Below, one piece after another: positions 14,247-24,069 of a stretch of 42,166 bases of DNA. Made by a program: the position numbers and the translations under genes. The DNA lies in the NCBI GenBank assembly GCA_000320545.1, contig ADNK01000540.1, positions 1 to 42,166 of the forward strand, in the 5' to 3' direction. Positions within the stretch are counted from its first letter, which is position 1; each line of letters starts with the position of its first letter. The DNA is from Bigelowiella natans CCMP2755 (Eukaryota; Protista; Cercozoa). Under the pieces are notes generated by a model. The model saw only the letters and a program-made list of their open reading frames with translations, was not told the origin of the DNA and did no database searches.

Positions 14247-14830
14247 CACCAGAGACAACAACGAAGAGCTTTATCAGATCAAACGGTAGTAGCAGCCGCA
14301 AGGAGAAAATGGCGTCTTCTCTTCTCAGGCCCCTATTCGCTATTGTTATCACACTTGCAGTAGCACACCACCCACGACCGTCAGCATCTGCCGTCGCAAT
14401 AGCTGTTTGACATTTTTCTGTTGACTCGAATGTTGCAAGGTTGTTGTGGGGCATCCGCCGAGAAATTACCTCTTGTTTCTTCCCATTCGCGGCTGACGGC
14501 AGCATCGTCGTCGTCGTTGTTGTCGTCGTCAGCTTCTGTGGAGAGCTGTTGCTCTCAAAGGACGGCTTCTTTGATGAAGAAGAAGGCGATAACGACGACT
14601 GTGACGATGTCGAGTGCAGCCTTCGCTTCGAGTTATTGCTAGCTGAAGAGAATGAGAGCTGCTGCTGCTGTTGGCAATGTTGGTGGTCAGGATCCCCGCC
14701 TTCTATTTCCTGATCACGATCGAATTCCTCAGTATCTTCGTCGTAGTCATTCTCCACTCTCTGCCCCCTGTTCTCCGCCCTGGCAACGGCTTGCATCATC
14801 TAAATAGTGATGATGATGATTGATGATGAT

Positions 14831-14862
<32 letters not shown>

Positions 14863-15213
14863 TGAATGAAGATGGAGATGACAGGGCTGTGATTGATTGC
14901 GGCGAAAATACAGTAAGTGTGAGAGGATTGTATGGAATCGAAGAGAATTGGCGCTGGAGAGACTCAAATTGGTCGTCTGGCGAAAGGTGTGCACGGACAA
15001 CAAATACTTTGCATACATGCTCATCTAACCCCCCCCTCCCTCTTTCTCCCTTCTACTACCACCAGCATCTTAGCACCTGGATGTACTGCGGCTGCCATGT
15101 TGGAAGGTAATAGTTCATCATCACATATTGAAGATACCTACCATTGCGCCATACAGTAGTCGTTAAAGAAAGAACATTTATATTATACGTGGCCGAAGGT
15201 GATATTATTCAAT

Positions 15214-15252
<39 letters not shown>

Positions 15253-15355
15253 ATACACAAGTGGGATTATGAAGATTCAGTACCAATAAGGAATGTGTCC
15301 ATTGTTATTCGGAAGAAGTACAGGCTCAGGTGGTAGAGACGCCTGATAGACACAT

Positions 15356-15388
<33 letters not shown>

Positions 15389-15976
15389 CATTTTCAACTT
15401 ACACCCACTTTATGTATCACAGCATAAATAGATTATTCCCCGCAACATCCTCCTTTTCATTACTTATTTATTTATTTTTTGTCTAGATACACTCGTCAGC
15501 CAGCCCAGCTTCCACCGAATCATCGCATGAGATGGTGCTGCTCTTGTTGTTCTGCGACCACCTTTGTTTGATTCTGGACTTCAATGATTTCGTTGGCGGG
15601 GGAGCCCAGAAGCCGTCTCCACAATGAGAACAGCCAATCTGCATCAATAATCCAATCAAATGCGAGCTGTTTCACTCTATATAATGTATATTTTGCCTAA
15701 TGCGACTGCTGCTGTTTCTGCAATCAACTTCAATGAGCAGAAGCAACTAATATCTAATGAGCAAACAACAGCTGCGGCGGTTAAGTACCACACTCGCAAG
15801 AAAGTAATAGTATTCGGAAGGGAACAACATCGTTTCTCTTCAGTACCCTGAAAATGCTGGCCTTCATTCTTAGCAAAGGATCCTCCGGAAAACGAGAGGG
15901 AGGAGACTAACACTCCAAAGACGACGCACGCGTAAATTAAGACCAATGACGGCCGTCGCGCCCGATGACGATGCAT
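14083..15976 (-). CDS. Hypothetical multi-exon protein with N-terminal signal/anchor segment
   Basis: ATG 15976 gives MHRHRARRPSLVLIYACVVFGVLVSSLSFS (hydrophobic). Internal exon-like segment EHVCKVFVVRAHLSPDDQFESLQRQFSSIPYNPLTLT (~14912-15024). Long 3' ORF 14083..14799. Boundaries are uncertain. Confidence 0.45.
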
Positions 15977-15996
15977 CAATTCTTGATGGAAAAGCG

Positions 15997-16413
15997 GCAA
16001 AAAATGGATCGGAGGCTTCCAGGGGCTTCGTGGGCGACAGCGGTTCTCTTTCTAAACAAACGCAGCTGCCCTCCTCGTTTTATTCTTTCCCCCGATTTCT
16101 CCTCCTCCTCCTCCTCCTCCTCCACCACCACCACCTCCTTCGCCACCTCAGTCCTCCTCTCCAATTTGATCCGCCTGGGGCGACAATCTCCTTCCTATCC
16201 CGCTCCGCCAGCTTTTTGCAGTGATCCGGAGGGGGAATGGGGGGCGGTCAAGGTGCTATGGTGCTCTTCCGAGATATGCGCTGGAGATTCTCGAGGATTC
16301 TCTCAGAAACACGAGCGGTTACTACCGGTCGGGCCTGGAGAGGCGCGAATTCACCTAGAAACATCGGCGATTTTTTTCCTAGCTGCCCAAACGGAATTTT
16401 TAGGATTTTTAAG
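15997..16413 (+). repeat. Direct repeat copy 1 (~415 bp; probable duplicated promoter region)
   Basis: Aligns with 22263-22671. It starts gcaaaaaatggatcg and includes the (cct)n(cca)n tract. The core 16267-16413 differs from 22525-22671 at only ~4 positions. Confidence 0.92.
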
Positions 16414-17439
16414 GGGGCGTTAACTAATGAACAACGGTTACGGGATCGGATCGCATCACATCACCAAGCGCTTTCCCTTCCACCTGTAGTAGCTCTGAAG
16501 TTAATCAAGCGATGAGCAACAAAGGGAAGGTCGACCTAAACAACCTAGGTGATTATGTCATCGACACCAGCGCACTCGAGGTATGTAGCCACTAAGAAAT
16601 CAGTGAACGATAAAGACATTTCGTCGTTGAGGTTAGACCTCGTTGCATGGGGGAGAGAAGGAGCACAGCGCTGCTTTAATTACAGCCCGAACAAAGAAAA
16701 ACACACAGCCCTTTACACACTGCTTATATACCTCATTCATACAATTTAGGATGTCAGTGACACAAGTGATGCGAAGTCATCGGTAATTCCATGGCCACAA
16801 TGCTGAAAGGTGTTCGTAGTGGTACACTGATACTGGATTCTTTCTTTCAACTGATTCAGAGTCAGGTAGCCATGCCAAGTCTGGAGCCTGATCCTAGCTC
16901 TGCCGTGAAACCCGGTACGGCTGCAGTGATATCGGCGCAACAATGGCCTACTACGTCGACTGGAGGACAAGAGAGTTCTCAGCAACAGCGACAGCTACAA
17001 GCTAGTAGAAAACGTCAAAAGGTAGATCCACAACCTGCTGGGCGAAATACTACTCGAAATAGAAGCCTCACGTCCACAGCTTCATCAGGTTACATCATCG
17101 AACAAAAATATGATGATTGCCCTATGTGATTACTCGCTCACATCTGTTCTCGTTTCGCAGGGAGGGGGGCAGCAGGACCTTCTAGTTCAATGGAGGCTGC
17201 CTTGGTGTTACCACCGCATTTATTCTATTGATAATTTAAAGATCTTGGCAAGTTCTCTAAACCAATGTTATCTGATGAATAAATATACTCTTTTTTACAG
17301 AAATTCTTGTTCGATTACTCGCAATTACGTATCGACGCCCGATACAAAGAATACATGAAGAAAACATCGTCCGTAATCAGGAACAGCCTCCCGAGTAATG
17401 TCCTAGCATGCGTTGCTATTGCTACCCACATTTTTATTT

Positions 17440-17486
<47 letters not shown>

Positions 17487-17540
17487 GCCAAGCAGACTCG
17501 TTGTTAATATTATTGCTAATTAGGAACCCAGAGGGAAATC

Positions 17541-20500
17541 ATGTGGCGGAAACAAAGTAGAGCGAAGCCAAAAACTGAGCTTGGCAGCACCTCTCTTATT
17601 TCAGCAAGTCAGAACGGCCAAACCGACATGGCAAATCTCCTGGTCAAGAAGGGGGTTGAACTTGAGGCAAAAATCAAGGAGGGCTGGACTTTAATGATGG
17701 CAAGTCGTCATGGCCACACCGACATCGCAAAGCTCTTGCTCGAGAAGGGGGCTAAACTTGAGGCCAAAAACAAGAATGGCTGGACCCCTCTAATTTGCGC
17801 AAGTCATCATGGCCGCACCGATGTTGCAAAGCTCTTGATCGAGAGGGGGGCCAAACTTGAGGCTAACAACAAGGATGGCTACACCCCTCTAATGTTGGCG
17901 AGTCGTCATGGCCACACCGACATCGCAAAGCTCTTGCTCGAGAAGGGGGCTAAACTTGAGGCTAACAATAAGGATGGCTGGACCCCTCTAATTTACGCAA
18001 GTCATCATGGCCGCACCGATGTTGCAAAGCTCTTGATCGAGAAGGGGGCTGAACTTGAGGCAAAACACAAGAATGGCTTCACGCCTCTAATGTCAGCAAG
18101 TCGGTATGGCCACACCGATGTTGCAAAGCTCTTGATCGAGAAGGGGGCTGAACTTGAGGCAAAATGCAAGGATGGCTTCACGCCTCTAATGTCAGCAAGT
18201 CGGTATGGCCACACCGATGTTGCAAAGCTCTTGATCGAGAAGGGGGCTGAACTTGAGGCAAAATGCAAGAATGGCTTCACGCCTCTAAAGTCAGCAAGTC
18301 GGTATGGCCACACCGATGTTGCAAAGCTCTTGATCGAGAAGGAGGCAAAATGCAAGAATGGCTTCACGCCTCTAATGTCAGCAAGTCGGTATGGCCACAC
18401 CGATGTTGCAAAGCTCTTGATCGAGAAGGGGGCTGAACTTGAGGCAAAATGCAAGGATGGCTTCACGCCTCTAATGTCAGCAAGTCAGTGTGGCCACATC
18501 GATGTTGCAAAGCTCTTGATCGAGAAGGGGGCTGAACTTGAGGCCAAATCCAAGGATGGCATCACGTCTCTAATGCTAGCAAGTTGTCATGGACGCACGA
18601 ACACTGCAAAGCTCTTGATCGAGAAGGGGGCTGAACTTGAGGCAAAATGCAAGAATGGCTTCACGCCTCTAATGACAGCAAGTCGGTGTGGCCACACCGA
18701 TGTTGCAAAGCTCTTGATCGAGAAGGGGGCTGAACTTGAGGCAAAATGCAAGAATGGCTTCACGCCTCTAATGTCAGCAAGTCGGCATGGCCACACCGAT
18801 GTTGCAAAGCTCTTGATCGAGAAGGGGGCTAAACTTGAGGCAAAACACAAGGATGGCTGGACCCCTCTGATGTTGGCAAGTCGGTATGGCCACACCGATG
18901 TTGCAAAGCTCTTGATCGAGAAGGGGGCTGAACTTGAGGCAAAATGCAAGGATGGCTTCACGCCTCTAATGTCAGCAAGTCGGCATGGCCGCACCGATGT
19001 TGCAAGGCTCTTAATCGAGAAGGGGGCTAAACCTGGGGCGAGATGTTCTGCAGCAAAGACAGCCTTGAATTGGGCACAGGAATCCCGCAATCAAGACATG
19101 GTGAAACTTTTGGAACAGCATGTCGCCGTTTGTGAATCAATGGAGTCGGATTCCAAGCAACATCCTAAAAAGGAGATTGCACACAGACCAAAGTCAATGC
19201 CACCAAAGTCTGGTAAAAAGAGAGCAGAAGCACGTACAGCTGGAGAGTCTCTCGTTGCTAGACCCAGCAAAAAGGTCATTATTTCGAATGGTGCTTGCAA
19301 AATTTGCGAACAAATGGGATCATAAATGTGCTACTGCTGCTGTGTCAGGCAAAATTCGGATCAGGTGAAGAGAGCAAGGGGAAGAAATATGAGGAATTTG
19401 AACAGTTTCTCAAAAATGCCCATCTCTCTGAATACTCCCAAACGTTGCGTCGCGATGGTTATGAGTTCCTCCAGGACTTAATCGACATGGTAATATTTAT
19501 GGTCTAGGTATGTAGGGTAGTTCTGGATGTAATATTTAGCATTCTTCCTATTGTTGTAACATCTTAGGAGAGTGACGAAATTGAGAAATACTTTCCGAAA
19601 AAACCGCACCGTAGAAGGTTCAAAAAGGCGATCAAGGAAAAGAAAAAGACCACCTCAACGAAACCCAGCAAAATGCCGAAGCCTGTCGTTGACCACAAGT
19701 TTGCATTAATTATTGGTAATGGAAACTATAGTACTGGTCCATTGGGATTAAACCCTATCAATGATGCCCAAGTTGTAAGAGAAAAATTTGAAAGTGAGTA
19801 CGGCTACAAGGTCTTCTATCATGAAAACCTGGAATGTAAAGAAATGAATGAGGCTCTTAATGAATTTGAAGATGCTCTCTCCCAAGAGACAGGCAAATCC
19901 CTGGCAGTTGTATTTTTCGCCGGCCATGGGGTCCAAATAACAACTAATAAGGGCGTGGTCGAGAATTTGCTACTGGGCATTGATAACGTCTACAAGAATG
20001 AAACTGAAAGGTAGAGAGGTTACTGGCTCTTCGATTGTCATTCAAGTAACTTCATCTTCTTGTTGCAGGCAAATGCAAAGGAAAGAAATAAGTACCAAAA
20101 AAGTAGTCGAAGCCTTAGAGGCAGCAGACGTCTCGATAAAAATCATGTTACTGGATTGTTGTCGTAATGTTTCAGGTATTCCAATCCATGAGTCATCAAA
20201 CACCTGTCTAACAACACAGCCACAATTTGCTATTACATTAGGACTGCCACGTTTCATGGCAAGTAAGACTCGTTCAATAACGAGAAGTGGTTTCGCAAGA
20301 GAAGAGTTAGAAGGATGCATGATACTCTACGCTTGTCAACCAGGTGAATTCATATTTGAGAACGCAAAAAGATTCTTCGGGCCAAAGAACACATTTGATC
20401 TGTGTGTGTCATTCAAATGTCAGGCGAGGAAGCTCTAAATGGGGACAGCAAGAACGGACTGTTCACCAAGTCGTTGATGGAAGCCTTTGAAAGCCAGAGG

Positions 20501-20665
20501 AATGAGAGGAATTCTCCAAGATTCAGCGATCTCGTCAAAGAAGCTGAGAAAATCATGAAAGATCGAAATCAGCATCCTGCTGTTGAAATTCCGTGCATGG
20601 GCGATTGCAATGACATCTGCATCGATGGAACCCTCTTCAAACACTGGTATCAGACTCTGCTGTAG
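17541..20665 (+). CDS. Ankyrin-repeat / SAM / caspase-family (peptidase C14, para/orthocaspase-like) fusion protein, spliced
   Basis: Exons joined in frame by GT-AG introns: 17541-~19274 (15 ankyrin repeats + cap); 19349-19489 (FEQFLKNAHLSEYSQTLRRDGYEFLQDLIDM); 19568-20010 (ESDEIEKYFPKKPHRRRFKKAI completing a SAM-like domain, then KFALIIGNGNY..NPINDA..VVFFAGHG); 20069-20175 (KIMLLDCCR); 20242-20343 (MILYACQP); 20424-20665 (GEEALNGDSKNGLFTKSLM..QHP). Possible extra 5' exons from ~16513 could not be joined cleanly. Confidence 0.88.
17680..19036 (+). repeat. 99-bp coding tandem repeat array (ankyrin), high internal DNA identity
   Basis: The unit ...ggcttcacgcctctaatgtcagcaagtcggtatggccacaccgatgttgcaaagctcttgatcgagaagggggctgaacttgaggcaaaatgcaag.. 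recurs with few substitutions. One unit has an in-frame 12-bp deletion at ~18341. Confidence 0.97.
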
Positions 20666-21169
20666 CTGAAACGGAAGTGATGTAAGAGCCTTCAACATTG
20701 TCTTGTTGACGCGCGAAAGAAACAAGTCACGGACGCATTCTGATTCATTCTGTTCGCGAGAAAACAATGGACAAATTCATCGAATGTCTCGAATGTGAAA
20801 AGAGTTTTCATGGTGTGCACATCTGCATGCACACACATGTGAATTGACAGACACAGTGCGGTGTGCAGCTACGTCATGGCGTCTCATCTCACGTCGCATG
20901 AAGGCATACTAGCGTGCGCGCCACATGGCAACGGTGATGGCATAGGGACACATGTGTCCCGCCCTGCAATGAAGCGGGTAGCAGTGATGCTGACATGGCA
21001 GCAACATGGTTTTCGCAGTGGTTGCCTTGCATTCAGCGTGGTTGCAACAGTCTAGCAGTGCTGGTTTCTCCATTCCCAGCAACACAGCAATGATCATCCA
21101 CAATTGTTGTGGTTGCCACAGAGTGATCATTTGCAATTGTTGCGAGGCGGCAGCCATGCATGTGCATCA

Positions 21170-21316
21170 CACATGAGGGAATGGAAACAGACTCACTGTG
21201 CAAGTTCGAAAGACGGAAATCTCGAACCACATCCAGATGCACCTTTCACGATGAAGGATGTCGTTGTGATGTTTTTCCGCGTTGCTTCCGATCTCCTCAT
21301 CCTCAAGTTGGCGCAT
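21170..21316 (-). pseudogene. Degenerate inverted copy of part of the downstream coiled-coil gene (23098-23231)
   Basis: Reverse complement atgcgccaacttgaggatgaggagatcggaag...cacaacgacatccttcatcgtgaaaggtgcat...ccgtctttcga...gtgagtctgtttccattccctcatgtg aligns to atacgccaacttgaggataaggagatcggaag...tacaacgacttcctctatcgtgaaaggtgcat...ccgtctttcga...gtaaatctgtttctattccttatgtg, with indels. Confidence 0.85.
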
Positions 21317-22262
21317 GAACTTCACCAGTTCACACGTGCACGCTAATCACATGAATGTCGAGTCTTTTGTTCACATCAAAAATGTCAGCAGCAGCGTGTT
21401 CTCCTTTTTCTCTCCAAAGGTAGCGTCCTTGCTACCATCGTGAAAAACTGCGTTGAACGCGTTCATTGTCCACTTCAGGCAGCCAGTCACAGTCCGCAAC
21501 GTGCGTGGGAGCACACACAGCTAGACAACAAACACTCGCACCTCGTGATGTGTGGATGGAGCGCACTAGCGCATGAGAAAAGCGAAGATCTGCAGCTGCG
21601 TTCCGCTCGTTCTCCAATTTCCTTTTTTTTGTTCGGATGTGCCAGCAAAGGAAGTCTGATGAGCATTTTTCGCAATGTCTGCTCATGCTGCGCGTTTTGC
21701 AGGGTGAATGTGCACCTGCACTCCCTCCTGCCGGCCGAATGTCTTCAATCAAAGTGACTCGCGGGTCTTCATCACCATCAGACAATGAAACTAGGAACGG
21801 AGGAGTGGCTTGAATGCCACTCTTGATTCCTCATGGTTTCACTGGTTGGACCTCACTGAAGTCAGTTCGAGGCACTGCATTTCGCACACTGCAAATGTCT
21901 TGTTGCACTTTGGAAACGCAGTTCATCATCATTGTTCATTTCATCAGCAGCAGCTTCGTTGGACAGCAACCTCAGCACAATCGAGCGCCAGCCGCAGCTG
22001 AGTCCCACCTCAGGGCCATGAGCTCTGGGGCATTTCATGGGTTTTTGCCACACCACGGTCAATTTTGGCAACATGAATAGACATGGAACATCAGGTGAGA
22101 TTCCTTGTTCAAGTGAGCCGAAGCGCGTGCACGCTGCTGGGTCATTCTGCCAGTCTGCAAGTCTGGGTTGGCCAATCATGTGGTCGCATGGCACGCATGC
22201 GCTAGCACAGCATTCACCATTTGACATGTCTACGATGTGATGTGTTTTGCAGGCACAATGCA

Positions 22263-22671
22263 GCAAAAAATGGATCGAAGGCTCACAGGGGCTCACGTTG
22301 CTTTCCAAACGCTAGCAGCTGAGCCTCCAATTGCTGCCCTCACATCTGGACATCCTCGTTCCATTCTTTCCCCCCGATTCCTCCTCCTCCTCCACCACCA
22401 CCACCATCTCCTTCGTGACCTAAATCCTCCTCTCCATGTTGTTCCGCTTGGGGGTGACAATCTGCTTTCCATCCCGCTTCACCAGCTTTTTGCAATGATC
22501 CAGAGGGGACAGGGTGCTGCAGTGTTCCGAGATGTGCGCTGGAGATTCTCGAGGATTCTCTAAGAAACACGAGCGGTTGCTACCGGTCGGGCCTGGAGAG
22601 GCGCGAATTCACCTAGAAACATCGGCGATTTTTTTCCTAGCTGCCCAAACGGAATTTTTAGGAATTTTAAG
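22263..22671 (+). repeat. Direct repeat copy 2
   Basis: See copy 1. It lies ~100 bp upstream of the ATG at 22768. Confidence 0.92.
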
Positions 22672-22767
22672 CAGCGTTACTGGGATCCTACACGGTAGTA
22701 ATAACAGCCCTGGAGTCGCTTTGTGGCTGACTTCGAACACCATATCTTCAGCGCCTCCCCCACCACC

Positions 22768-23505
22768 ATGCCAAAGAAATCTCCTCGGTCCTCTCCGACG
22801 ACTAGGAAACGCCAAAGAGCCTCGATGGAAACCGATTTCGGCTCCATCATGAGCAAGGTGAAGAAGCTTCGACGAAAGTACATCAACGAGCAGAAACGTC
22901 TCGAGGAAGAACGGCTCGAACTCCAGCGACGACATGTTAGCGCTTCTAGGGATTACAGCCTGGCGAAGAAGCAGCATCAGGAAAAGAGCGAAAACCATGT
23001 GATGGAACAGAGACTCGCAGCGGCTAAATCCAAGCAAAAGCGCGCGGAGGAAAAGTATGAAGCAAATCTAAAGGAGTTAAAGGACAAGACGAAGATGATA
23101 CGCCAACTTGAGGATAAGGAGATCGGAAGAGAGGCAAAGAGGCACTACAACGACTTCCTCTATCGTGAAAGGTGCATAGTTCGCGATTCCCGTCTTTCGA
23201 CCTTGGTAAATCTGTTTCTATTCCTTATGTGCATTGTCCTACCCATCGTGCTCCGGTCATACGCGTCTCTATTCGTGTTGGTTGTTTCACTTGGCACCCT
23301 CATCGCGAGGGCAATTGTTAAAGATGAGGAATTTGAAGATAATCCATACGTCGTTTCGGCAGCTTCGCTGCCTGGAGCCGTCCACAAGATGATAAAGGAC
23401 TTGGCGTACTACTTGATCGTGACGATGAACTGTTTCATCCCTGGAAAGCGGAGATCGTTTTTACTTCCCAGCAAGGAAGAGATGGAGACCATGCTACGAC
23501 TTTAA
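22768..23505 (+). CDS. Hypothetical coiled-coil protein, possibly with two C-terminal hydrophobic segments
   Basis: Open frame from caccATG at 22768. Basic N-terminus (RKRQR), K/E/R-rich heptad region, then LVNLFLFLMCIVLPIVL and SLFVLVVSLGTLIA. The hydrophobic part could instead be an in-frame intron. Confidence 0.7.
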   Translation: MPKKSPRSSPTTRKRQRASMETDFGSIMSKVKKLRRKYINEQKRLEEERLELQRRHVSASRDYSLAKKQHQEKSENHVMEQRLAAAKSKQKRAEEKYEANLKELKDKTKMIRQLEDKEIGREAKRHYNDFLYRERCIVRDSRLSTLVNLFLFLMCIVLPIVLRSYASLFVLVVSLGTLIARAIVKDEEFEDNPYVVSAASLPGAVHKMIKDLAYYLIVTMNCFIPGKRRSFLLPSKEEMETMLRL

Positions 23506-24069
23506 TAATGATCATCGCACCTGAGACCGCGCCTAATGCTAGAATGGGGAAAAAAACAATTATGTGTAGAATGTCTGTCTTATACGTGGTGTGATGTGCG
23601 TGTACACTACTGCATGGCAACCGAGCACGCCAGCATTCATCATGAGATGCAACGCTATCTAGCTATGGAGTAGCTGCATTGTAGCACTGTTATATCTGAC
23701 ATATTACATGTGAATCGCTGGTCATGGCACATAGTCACTCCATGTGTGCGCTAGTTGTAGCTAGCATTCGCCACATTGCCTGGGTACGATGCGTTGTGCA
23801 TGGCAGTATGTATGCAGACGCTGTGGGCTGAGTAGACGCCGCGAAACCGTGAGCGCCTACTGCTAGCGCTGCGACTGAATTAGAGTTTCACCATGTAGAT
23901 CATCACATGTGGTGAGAGCGCAATAACAACACGATGCCGACTCAGGATTGGACCATGTCATTGAGATTGCTTGTTCTGAACAACTTATCAATTTTGCAAA
24001 ACACTATTGCATGCTCGTACATCTTAATGCTACGCCGCACTGCTCCTCATTCGATTGATCCTCTTCAAG

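Noticed and set aside
14900-15976. Josephin/ataxin-3 resemblance (KVFVVRAHL)
   Set aside because: Catalytic Cys/His motifs were not found; the similarity is too short to count.
18005-19090. Antisense ORFs 18005..18466 and 18587..19090
   Set aside because: They are shadows of the ankyrin tandem repeat on the opposite strand.
19290-19315. CKIC as a zinc-finger start
   Set aside because: It falls inside the predicted intron and has no second Cys/His pair.
20861-22570. Many overlapping His/Cys/Met-rich ORFs on both strands
   Set aside because: Explained by TpA loss removing TAA stops and converting Tyr codons to His/Cys; no coherent protein.
15997-22671. LTR retrotransposon interpretation of the direct repeats
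   Set aside because: No gag/RT/integrase motifs, TG...CA termini, PBS/PPT or evident target-site duplication.
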